Below are positions 56,401 to 64,000 of a stretch of 64,000 nt of DNA, one piece after another. The notes under the pieces are model-generated. The model searched no databases and was not told the DNA's origin. It saw only the letters and a list, made by a program, of their open reading frames with translations. Origin of the DNA: a virus. A program made the position numbers and the translations under genes. Location: positions 32,001 through 96,000 of the IMG/VR virus record IMGVR_UViG_3300032893_000008. The stretch is one strand, 5' to 3'. Positions within the stretch are counted from its first letter, which is position 1, and each line of letters begins with the position of its first letter.

Positions 56401-59267
56401 CGTAGGGTCAAAACCGTAGGCGTGCCGGGATCTTGGCCCCGGACAAACATCCGGACGGAGTTGTTATTGCTCGGAAGGTGCGAGGAACCGGTGCGGTTGA
56501 AGTATTTCACCCACTGGTTGGGCGTGGACACATCCGACGGCGACGGGTAGCCCACATTACGAGCGGAGTCGGTTAGCGTCAGGAATGGCGCGGCCGCGTC
56601 GTTCGTGGTGATCGATCCCTTGCCGATATCCACCGGGAAGCCAAGCTCGGAAGCAGACTCGACGGCGGCAATGGATGGCGCCTGGTTAGTAGCGGATGCG
56701 TTCGAAAAATCAAGACGATCGGTGGCTGACCACTCTACAGAGACAGGCACCTGGATGGATCCACCAGATGCGTAACGATTGGTGGTAATCATTACGCCTA
56801 TCGAAGAAGCGGTAGTGATAGCGGTAGCGGTAGCGCCCGTGATCGCATCGTTTATTTGCTGTGCGGCGGAGGAAATCAACGTGCCGGCATTATCAGCGAA
56901 AGCAACCTTCTGCGGAACTACCGTAGAGCTGAACGCCTGGATGTCGATATTTTCCAGAACGTTGAAGACGGCCACTCCACCGTTGGCGTTCTCGACTTCG
57001 AACCACGTGCCGGCGCCACCAACATTAATGACCCGGAAGATACCTTCATTCGCGGCAGCTTGGCGTGCTACGACTACGTAATCGCCAACAACGAGATTGT
57101 TGAAGACCTTGTCCGTCGCTGCCGTGCCGGCAGTATCCGTATAGCGCCAGACGTCGCCAGCGGTGTTGGAAGTTGTGATCTGGGTAACGCCTGGCTTGAG
57201 AGGCACTGAACGCACAACGGCCGTGCCGTCGACGACGATGTAGATGGCCGCTGGTCGTGCACCAGGGCCGGCGGCTAGATTGAAGTTTCCGTCATTGTCA
57301 ACATCGAGTGCAAGGAGGCTACCGCGGGTAAGAGCCGTGCCGGCCGAAAGCTTGTCGTTCGCGACGAGAGGCGATGCCAGTTCGATCTGACCAGAAAAGC
57401 GGTTCAGGGCGTATTCGGATGCCTTGCCTACTTGAGCGGTAGTATCCCATCCCTGGGCGGTAGCCAAATTGCCGCCGCCATCTGCTACGGGGATAACGTG
57501 AATCTTGGAATCGGGAGAAGTTAGGATATCCGACGTCAGGACAAGCCGATCGCCATCCGCAGCGAATTTCGCACCGCTAATCGCTTGATTCAGGACAGTA
57601 ACCCACTGGGCGACCGAAGCAGTATTGATTGTAACGCCCAGGTCCAAGAAGGACTCGACGTCCGTGAGGGTGACGTAGGAAGCGCCGTTGAAAGACACTT
57701 CCAGGGAGTTCGTGCCGACACGGATCCAGAGACGAGGCTTGCCGTTTACGTCAACCGTAAGCACCGAAGGATCCGTAATGCCGGACCACGTATCGATATC
57801 GCCCGTTTCAGAGCGAGCTGTAGCGCCGTCCTTGGACAGGAGGACATCGTTGAGGTAGAGTTTGAGGGTGTCGGCCTCGTCTGTCGGGAAGCTAAGGATG
57901 TCATTCGCCCCACCGACGACCACCTGGATACTCTCGTCCTCTTTGCCGGCCGGGAAGATAACCACCTGGCTCTGGCCATTCGCAGTGCGCGCACTGATGA
58001 CTGCGGACTTGGAGTTGATCGCTTCAGCAACCTCGATCGCGGTCGCTGCAGACGGCACGCTAAAATCCGCCGAATCAAGCGCTACAGTCGTAGCAATGCC
58101 ATTTACCTTGACAGTAAGGATGCCACCGGTCGTAAAGTCGAACGGCTGGGACTTAGTGCTCGTAACCTGGGCCCGGATAACAGGGTAGTTACCGAGCTGA
58201 AAGAAGGTTTCAGTCCCTGCGGCCGCATCGATGAGGCTTTCTTCACCGGTGCCGGCGTAGGACGGCTCGAAACCAGTGCCGTCATCAACGAAGAGCTGTC
58301 CGTAGTCACCCGGTTTAGTAGGTTGCACCAGACTGGCAGAAACGACGCGCTTGTTGTCATCCGGATCAAAAAGTCCGAGGATTGCCGACAGAATCGAGTT
58401 AGGCGTGCCTTTGGAAAGCCCCTGGACATGGTCTTTGATACGTTGCCGGAGGGCGTCATCGGTCTCAACATCCTTGGCGTTATTGAACTTCGCGGCGTTA
58501 GTAACGGTAGCGCCAGCGAAAGGGATGCTAGAGAACTGACTAATGTAGCCGAGTGGTGCGTTACCGGTCGTGCCGGGGACGTCGCACTGCACCAAGATGT
58601 TGTCAAGGTGGTCTTCACCGTCAAGGAGGACTGCATCCACCTGGGTAGTGAACGACACAGCTGGACTGGAGTTGCTGGCTGGAATCTGCACCTTGGAGCC
58701 GCGGGGAACGGTCCGGTTACCCCCCTGGGCCTTGATCACGGTCTCATTGACGTTGTGGTTATTCGCCAGAGGGGCGGTCAAGGTGATCGTGCTGAAAGCT
58801 GCCCCCGGAGCCACGGAGGCAATGGTGAACGGCCCCTCAGCATTGTTGGTGCCGCGGCCGATGTAGATCTGGTTGCCGTTAGCGAAACCAGTGGTGGAGT
58901 TGACTTTCAGGACTAGATCGCCGGCGATCGGCGGGTTAGAGCCGACGTAGACATTCGTGAACACCTTCGTGAAGGAAGAGTCACTTACCCGAATAAATCC
59001 ACTGGCATTTGTGGCCGGCTGGGGGGCATCATCCAGGCCGAACTGGTGCGCGACCTTTACCAGGTCTGTCCCGGTGGCGAAGTCGACGGAAGCGTCGTCC
59101 AGGAGCTGAACGAGAGCAGCCATCTGCTCGTAGTCGTTCTGGGCCGCCGCTTCGAGCATCGTTAGGATGACCGAGCCTTTGTGCATGTCGTTCACGCCGG
59201 TGATAGCCATCACCTTGCGGATCATTGCACCGAGAAGTTCGCTGTAGGATTTGACCTGGACCGCCAT
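53433..59267 (-). CDS. giant baseplate J-like (wedge) protein
   Basis: N-terminal GSVILTMLEA..ATGTDL, GTTGN, ETDDALRQRI; C-terminal KAAGVQI...YIASLGVGDDVIISEI; about 1450-aa insert between them. Confidence 0.85.
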   Translation of the reverse strand: MAVQVKSYSELLGAMIRKVMAITGVNDMHKGSVILTMLEAAAQNDYEQMAALVQLLDDASVDFATGTDLVKVAHQFGLDDAPQPATNASGFIRVSDSSFTKVFTNVYVGSNPPIAGDLVLKVNSTTGFANGNQIYIGRGTNNAEGPFTIASVAPGAAFSTITLTAPLANNHNVNETVIKAQGGNRTVPRGSKVQIPASNSSPAVSFTTQVDAVLLDGEDHLDNILVQCDVPGTTGNAPLGYISQFSSIPFAGATVTNAAKFNNAKDVETDDALRQRIKDHVQGLSKGTPNSILSAILGLFDPDDNKRVVSASLVQPTKPGDYGQLFVDDGTGFEPSYAGTGEESLIDAAAGTETFFQLGNYPVIRAQVTSTKSQPFDFTTGGILTVKVNGIATTVALDSADFSVPSAATAIEVAEAINSKSAVISARTANGQSQVVIFPAGKEDESIQVVVGGANDILSFPTDEADTLKLYLNDVLLSKDGATARSETGDIDTWSGITDPSVLTVDVNGKPRLWIRVGTNSLEVSFNGASYVTLTDVESFLDLGVTINTASVAQWVTVLNQAISGAKFAADGDRLVLTSDILTSPDSKIHVIPVADGGGNLATAQGWDTTAQVGKASEYALNRFSGQIELASPLVANDKLSAGTALTRGSLLALDVDNDGNFNLAAGPGARPAAIYIVVDGTAVVRSVPLKPGVTQITTSNTAGDVWRYTDTAGTAATDKVFNNLVVGDYVVVARQAAANEGIFRVINVGGAGTWFEVENANGGVAVFNVLENIDIQAFSSTVVPQKVAFADNAGTLISSAAQQINDAITGATATAITTASSIGVMITTNRYASGGSIQVPVSVEWSATDRLDFSNASATNQAPSIAAVESASELGFPVDIGKGSITTNDAAAPFLTLTDSARNVGYPSPSDVSTPNQWVKYFNRTGSSHLPSNNNSVRMFVRGQDPGTPTVLTLRDNVYTALGSSRVVAPEVLAPLEVGDLYAQFYPFDFDQSDNLVLVVDGDEVEKTFNIPLVRNGQTTSASSTTFSGKDLDAATVTTFADSVWNTHDFADYKVWFRAHQVLNPTGSKNAICYHATTFGPNGNSIGIGYDYPTAPSQSVSTSVSTYSSEEVDVIVLVTFGSGAARTGAWTALTTFNITSFGSSVTYDWGNTGGGDVTPDFVASGVVVGDIATINSANFSPDNNGTFLITNVTPTSITILNNGSPVNEGPLALGIASALVIYPLAQNTAADVVAAVNNGPQSSAIIEAVLTTQDPFGTLNDGSGVIAKSSRDDAAINAVYASLVDGENWIDSFASPGPPSFTLKRQLTEQQVLDGGVIYDFGTAPNKDATVGEYFKLIPVHAKNVVDHLNKKSISGLSEVALIQRSNDAESVQIASLQVGSAGSIFVTGGYGNAITAAITKVAGIDVLSTRVTLPASTSYGFHRGQIVKLENRFGAKEINTYDYNTVVAVSTPGGTNPYKRMTLGDRPTLNVGASTFSVVANVDGTATYSRTAGVSDFSPAVVGDELKVSGTAFAAANRGTFLVTAVTPTVITVINPEATNEVGITPGATDMVAKTPFFYHPNLRADGTQPILVEKLNSRFTRFRYLGGGTKDPKFATRGIKPGFWVDVASGSSGGFDSRNVGRFRVVEVDDTSFVVENSAAIDDGPANLVDDPVGSGDFLGEIRTVVSGAGGLLQFWGPNSAMSSDQVSIEALPSPTWFPQPWQGRWTIEGHGRDSTSGDQFVYVSNSTTTLNPSITLGSNAASFLVLEGTPYSTYRTVNMVTPNYNDPTESLLWITGTDDADRFAAANGTQLIARNKLGFPIADQVGVDGYKYWTGLLQRVHRVMDGYDPDQVNFPGVKAAGVQIEALPPEIRRVAISVAVKPVTGLSTNTLSQTIKSAILGYIASLGVGDDVIISEIISRIQQIAGVQSVAMVYPSPTTERIVIHDNEKAIALESDITVT

Positions 59268-59272
59268 GACCG

Positions 59273-61744
59273 TTATTGTAGCGTAAACGAGAGGGGAATG
59301 ATGTCCGAACCGCTCGCAACCTTCACGGTCATGTTCAGGCGGACTGCATCAGCATCGAAAGTGATGGTCATGCTCGGGATTGATTCGAATCGATCGTCCG
59401 AAAGGATCGAGTTCTCGATGATCGACCGGATCGTGTTCCCGGATCGTTCAACCGTCCCGACTTGCAACCCAAGCCCCTTATCCTGGTGATGCAGCAATGA
59501 CCCCTTTTCGATCGTAAGTCCTAGTTTTACCGCTTGAATTGCGTTCGTCACTCCCGTAGCGAGCTGGAAGTCACCAGAGGCGCTCAGGGCGATGTCGAAA
59601 TTCGGTGTCAAGAGAAGATCCACCCCCATGGCTTTCTGTTGACGATTGAGCCGCTGGGTCGCCGGGATGACGCGAGTATCCGGAACGGCATCCCCTGGTC
59701 GTTTGCCGGGCGTCGGAATCACGATCATTTTCGAGGAGTTAACGGTGTTGGGCGCATACCCCTTTGCTTTGGCATTCTTACTGACCGTGTAATTCCCGAG
59801 ATCGGGATTCCCGTCCACCTGGATCGACCAAGATCCCGACGGGAGCTTGCGAATCCCAGTAACATATCGATGAGAAGCCGGCATCGTCAGGGACGAGATG
59901 AAAATTTCCTGTCCGACGAAAAACTGGCCGGCATTTGCTACCAGGAAACTGTTGCCAGAACCACTGGAGGAGAGGAAGACTTCGAAGCCAGTCTCGTCGA
60001 TGTAGGGCGGCTGCAGGCCATTCGCGATCGCGATTTCCAGCCAGCGGTCCGGGCTGCCGAGGTAGGTAGCAGCCAGACTTTCCAGAGTGCCACCGGCCGG
60101 GAAGGGCACCGGGAACCCTGTGCTAGAGGAAATGATGGAGACGTCAGGGTTGTTAGCATTGGACTGTGCCCGAAGGAATGGATCGCTCGTCCTGACGCCA
60201 GCGAGATCCCGCGTGGCCGAAAGGGTGTCGGTGACCGCCACCAGGGAGGAAAGCTGCTGGAGCGTCAGGTAGTCTTCGGGCTCCGGATCACGAAGCTTTG
60301 GTCCCGGGGTGCGGCCACTGATTGCGTCGACCGTGGCGTCGTTGAGTCCCAGGAAGTCCGAGAACGCATCCCGGGCGGCTTCAAATCGAGCGCGCATCGC
60401 ATCCAGGTCGCCAACAGTAAGTTGTGACGCTTTCGTGAGAGCATTCGAAACTACGGCCTGTTCGTCCGCAGACAAGTGAATCCGGGAGATCGGAATCTGA
60501 CCCAAAAGATCGACCATACGCAAACGCTGTTCCAGGGTGCGTAGCGGATTGGAGAAGTCTCGCGCCTGTTGATTGGCGTAGTTGTTGGAGTTCGGGTCGC
60601 CCGCTACCGGCTGTCTCGTGGGGTTCGTAGCGTCGCTGACGCTCGTAGTCAAGACTCCGATCAGCGTAGGATCTCCTGTAGCTTCTGCAAGCTGCAGGAG
60701 GGAATCCCTCAGCTCATTGCCCTTGAGGGCCACTAGCCCCGTGGGCCCGTCGATATCCGCCCAGGACTGGATCACGCCATTGATGCCTTTGATCAACAGA
60801 GTGGCGGAGTTGACGGCGCCGATGAGGTTGTCGAAGTCTGCGATCGCACTTCGAAGAACGTCCTGCGCGGCCGCGATCGTAGATCGCGCCGCCAAGAGAG
60901 CGTTCATTGCTTTCGTCAGTTCGCTCGGCGAAGGAGAGCCGCTGAAGCCCGTAGCCGATACGCCCCTCAGACCCTGCGAATGAGCGAGATCCCACGCCTT
61001 CAGGCTGATGCGGTAGCGGGTAATGTGCGGATCGTTGGCGTCTTTGGTGGTGTCGAACGTCTGGGGTGTGACGCCGTAGTTAACGCCATTTTTGCGATCC
61101 AGAAAGACCAGGCGAGCTAGGCGTGAATCAACATCCCCGTCAACGCTACGCTTCATCTCCGCATAAGCAACGAGGTAGTTCAGGAAATCATTGATCTTTT
61201 TGTGACCAAGTTCCTCTAGGTCCGCGTTTGCGATACCGCTTAGTAGTTCTGGCGACAGCCCCGGGATCTGTGCGCCCGCGCGAATGGTAGTTCCGAGGGC
61301 GCCGAGGGTGTTGACGAGCGCGCTCGATGCCGAAAGGAGTCCGGGGTAGCTGAATTGATTCTGCGGAGACAAAGACCGGAGGTCCTGGTTCGTTACCACT
61401 TGGGAAGAGAGGACTTTAGCCTTCCGGGCGGATACGCCGAAGGTGCCGCTGATTGCGATTTGACGGAAAACTACGCCATTATTCTCCTCCACGATTCCGT
61501 CGGAAGAGGCCGTATTGGATATGGCAAACGGAATAGAAACCTGGACCGACTGCGGATTGACCGGGAGAACAAATTCAGAAAAATCAGGATGTTCGTTGGT
61601 AATGTCTATTTCGCCGGTCTCTGGGTCAGCCATGACGACCTTAAACGAATAGAGCCCGCCGGCGTTCAGATCCCAAGTGTCCGTCGGAGCTGAATACAGC
61701 TTCCGCGGTAGTTTCTCGGGTGACGTGAACTTAGCGACCGACAT
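59273..61744 (-). CDS. baseplate/tail protein with a LysM-like segment and gp25-like C-terminal domain
   Basis: LPVNPQSV; GTLESLAATYLGSPDRWLEIAIANGL; GDFQLATGVTNAIQAV..KGSLLHH..LG. Confidence 0.7.
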   Translation of the reverse strand: MSVAKFTSPEKLPRKLYSAPTDTWDLNAGGLYSFKVVMADPETGEIDITNEHPDFSEFVLPVNPQSVQVSIPFAISNTASSDGIVEENNGVVFRQIAISGTFGVSARKAKVLSSQVVTNQDLRSLSPQNQFSYPGLLSASSALVNTLGALGTTIRAGAQIPGLSPELLSGIANADLEELGHKKINDFLNYLVAYAEMKRSVDGDVDSRLARLVFLDRKNGVNYGVTPQTFDTTKDANDPHITRYRISLKAWDLAHSQGLRGVSATGFSGSPSPSELTKAMNALLAARSTIAAAQDVLRSAIADFDNLIGAVNSATLLIKGINGVIQSWADIDGPTGLVALKGNELRDSLLQLAEATGDPTLIGVLTTSVSDATNPTRQPVAGDPNSNNYANQQARDFSNPLRTLEQRLRMVDLLGQIPISRIHLSADEQAVVSNALTKASQLTVGDLDAMRARFEAARDAFSDFLGLNDATVDAISGRTPGPKLRDPEPEDYLTLQQLSSLVAVTDTLSATRDLAGVRTSDPFLRAQSNANNPDVSIISSSTGFPVPFPAGGTLESLAATYLGSPDRWLEIAIANGLQPPYIDETGFEVFLSSSGSGNSFLVANAGQFFVGQEIFISSLTMPASHRYVTGIRKLPSGSWSIQVDGNPDLGNYTVSKNAKAKGYAPNTVNSSKMIVIPTPGKRPGDAVPDTRVIPATQRLNRQQKAMGVDLLLTPNFDIALSASGDFQLATGVTNAIQAVKLGLTIEKGSLLHHQDKGLGLQVGTVERSGNTIRSIIENSILSDDRFESIPSMTITFDADAVRLNMTVKVASGSDIIPLSFTLQ

Positions 61745-61765
61745 ACGGTAATTTTACCCCGAGGG

Positions 61766-62866
61766 TTACGGACCCTTCTCAGTGAACGCTTTCTGGGAGA
61801 AGAGAGTGGGCACCTGGGTAGCGGCAGTTGTGCAGGCCAGGGCGGCAGCCACGAAGCCTGGCTTAAGAACCCCCAAAGGGGCTCCTACCGAAACAGCAGC
61901 TAGCGCCTGGAAAGCAGCCCCGAGGCTGTTGAGGAACGTAGTCAAGAAGATAGAGAGCTGATTTCCCAACACCAGCGGTTCCTTGCAGTTCGGGCCGCCC
62001 ACAAGAATTGGGGAATGCGCCTCCTGGAGGATCACCTTACCGTTAGCCCGGATCCGGATGGTTTTGTCGCTACGGGCGATGATGATTGAGTCGGGATCCG
62101 ATTGCCCATCCGCGAGGGTAATCGTGCTGTCGTCCGGAGAGATCGTGATGTGCTGGTCCAAGCGGTCGATAACGGTTATGCGACCAGTCTTGTCGAACTT
62201 GAGGATCGAGCCGGCTTTTGGGTTCGTCAGGTTGCCTTTGGCATCCTTAACCCCTTGCATCATCACCGTGAATTCACCGTCCTTGTTGATGTTCCAGCGG
62301 AGGCCGTTGAATTCGCCCAGGAGTCGCTGGCCATCTTCCTGCTTCGCGCCAGGGAGGAGGGTAGGGAGTTTCTTCATGTCCGCATCACGAGTGCCGGAGT
62401 TGCCGGCGCCCTTGAATTCTGGGACTGGCGAAGAGGCGATCTTGGATTTCAGGTCAGGATGCTGAACGCACGCCACGATGACCGGCTGGTCTTTGCGGCC
62501 GTTCAGACATGCCACCAACACCCAAGCGCCCACTTGGATGTCTGCGTTCTTCCGAAAGATCGCTTTCGGATCGGCATTGGTGTTCAGAACGGTTTCCTGG
62601 AAGTTGTTCGTCGATCCAAAAGGATCGATCGCACGCACGTTCCGGTAGGTGACGAGAGCACGCCGGCTCTCGCTCACGACAACATCGTATTCGACGTGCT
62701 GCCCGGAAAGATTGCCGGGGGGAGTTTCATCCACGTAATGAATCTTGACGATCTGCCCGATCTGCAGTGACGTCATCGTGCGCTGGCTTACGTCAGCACT
62801 GCCTTTCACCGAGACCCGTAGATTCGAGTCTACGACAGTGCCATCTTCAAGAAATCCACCACCCAT
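61766..62866 (-). CDS. baseplate spike (gp5/gpV/VgrG-like OB + beta-helix)
   Basis: GAWVLVACLNGRKDQPVIV; beta-repeat region; EPLVLGNQL. Confidence 0.7.
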   Translation of the reverse strand: MGGGFLEDGTVVDSNLRVSVKGSADVSQRTMTSLQIGQIVKIHYVDETPPGNLSGQHVEYDVVVSESRRALVTYRNVRAIDPFGSTNNFQETVLNTNADPKAIFRKNADIQVGAWVLVACLNGRKDQPVIVACVQHPDLKSKIASSPVPEFKGAGNSGTRDADMKKLPTLLPGAKQEDGQRLLGEFNGLRWNINKDGEFTVMMQGVKDAKGNLTNPKAGSILKFDKTGRITVIDRLDQHITISPDDSTITLADGQSDPDSIIIARSDKTIRIRANGKVILQEAHSPILVGGPNCKEPLVLGNQLSIFLTTFLNSLGAAFQALAAVSVGAPLGVLKPGFVAAALACTTAATQVPTLFSQKAFTEKGP

Positions 62867-64000
62867 TAGGTCCCCCGGGAAACAGGATAGAGGGAGGAGG
62901 TGTTCTTGGTATAGAGCGGCTGTTCGTCGACCGTTTGGCCGCGGACAGTAGCGACCGTCGTCCGGAAAGTCTTCAGTCCTTCCGGAGACACGGAGTAAGA
63001 ATGCGTGTAGGTCTGGATATGGTGCAGTTCGTGGGAGCCGTCATCGCGAACGATCTCCAGGTTGTCACCGATCCCGATCGGTTCTTCGATTCCATGCATG
63101 TGGAACGTCCCAGTCTCCAGAAGATGCGCGCGGAGCCACCAGTCCGCCTGGATCTGAGTCCATTCCGGAACGTAGCTGATGTCATTAGCGTGCGCGCTTG
63201 CGGGCCCGATTCCGCTGAAACGAAAATATTTCTGGAGTGCCTTCGGATCATCACCAGTGACGCCCTGCTCTAGAGCGGCGCCCAGCTGGCCTGACCAACG
63301 GATATCTGCACTGGTTTGGGGCAGCATTGCGTTCACGCCATGCCTGGCAACGGAGAGGTTGTCAACCGCGAAGTTTCCCATCAGAGTCTGGAAGACGATG
63401 TTGTCTGCTCCACCGGATTGGGCAATACCGTTACCGAAAAGCTGCAGATAGTTGCATCGCATCTCGTCCGAACGACCGATATCTTCAGAGATGATGAAGC
63501 TCTCCGGCACCTGGAACCGAGGAATCGAGGTGAAGGTAGTGACGGGAACGCCTTTCAGTTCCGACGCGGCTTTCGTGGACGTGTAGGGGATTTGCCGGAT
63601 GACGATCGTTGGCTGTAGCGTATCGCCAGCGGCATCTGGTCGAAGCTCCACGAACATCTCGTTCATGGTGGGGTTCGAATAGGTCTTCAGGATAGACCAG
63701 GTGGTGAACTTGTTTCCTGTGTCGACCTGGATAAACTGCAGACCGGGGAGATCGGATAGCTCGGGCGTAGTCGATCCGTCGACGTAGGTCGCGCGACCGA
63801 TGTGTCGCTGCAGGAAGCCGTTGATCGATCCGGAGGTTGAAGCGTTCCCCTTAAAAAAAGACGTAATCGCGCCCGGCATGAGGAATACTTTGTTGGGGGT
63901 CGTTGCATCCGCAATGGGAGTCAGGCGATCACGATTAAGCGTCCCCATGAACGCATTCAGAAGCTTGTGAGCGTTCTCGCCCGGGGTCGAATGAAAATCG
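62866..64000 (-). CDS. baseplate hub/tail protein, N-terminus beyond the window
   Basis: The frame stays open from 63948 to the window edge; GIGDNL...HIQTYTHSY..TTV.TVRG C-terminus. Confidence 0.65.
   Translation of the reverse strand, partial: DFHSTPGENAHKLLNAFMGTLNRDRLTPIADATTPNKVFLMPGAITSFFKGNASTSGSINGFLQRHIGRATYVDGSTTPELSDLPGLQFIQVDTGNKFTTWSILKTYSNPTMNEMFVELRPDAAGDTLQPTIVIRQIPYTSTKAASELKGVPVTTFTSIPRFQVPESFIISEDIGRSDEMRCNYLQLFGNGIAQSGGADNIVFQTLMGNFAVDNLSVARHGVNAMLPQTSADIRWSGQLGAALEQGVTGDDPKALQKYFRFSGIGPASAHANDISYVPEWTQIQADWWLRAHLLETGTFHMHGIEEPIGIGDNLEIVRDDGSHELHHIQTYTHSYSVSPEGLKTFRTTVATVRGQTVDEQPLYTKNTSSLYPVSRGT

Noticed and set aside
5993-59000. Many long antisense ORFs (e.g. 5993-7072, 12625-13596, 15378-16367, 22338-23816, 57585-58916)
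   Set aside because: Each lies opposite a well-supported gene and shows shadow-frame composition
1-64000. CRISPR array, DGR/reverse transcriptase, integrase, transposase, stop-codon recoding
   Set aside because: No repeat-spacer arrays or diagnostic motifs were seen, and genes are intact under the standard code

Overview
The whole window looks like part of a large, GC-rich, tailed dsDNA phage with a contractile tail (myovirus-like). I see no host housekeeping genes and no integrase. There are three blocks. (1) 1-26271, minus strand: SNF2 helicase, NADAR, sigma factor, head morphogenesis protein, portal, terminase, SbcD-like nuclease, RecA, nucleotidyltransferase, SSB, dNMP kinase, DnaE, VWA/metallopeptidase with a MoxR-like AAA+, a sigma-like HTH protein and an SF2 helicase. 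(2) 26322-45521, plus strand: Dda/RecD helicase, DnaB-like helicase, primase, a degenerate MTase, GroEL, SbcC, RuvC, class II RNR, HAD nucleotidase, dATP/dGTP diphosphohydrolase, ThyX and an ATP-grasp protein. (3) 45518-64000, minus strand: endolysin, tail fibre/spike and baseplate genes including a 1944-aa baseplate-J, interrupted by a plus-strand C39 peptidase cassette. Three signals stand out that the ORF track does not show. A GG-TANNAT extended -10 element sits 6-7 nt before at least 17 start codons, implying leaderless mRNAs. A ~120-nt tRNA-shaped RNA with an enlarged anticodon arm lies at 40033-40155. A 28-aa peptide is followed by a structured RNA with mutually exclusive terminator/antiterminator pairings at 1801-2096. 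All protein calls come from reading motifs by eye; no database search was run.
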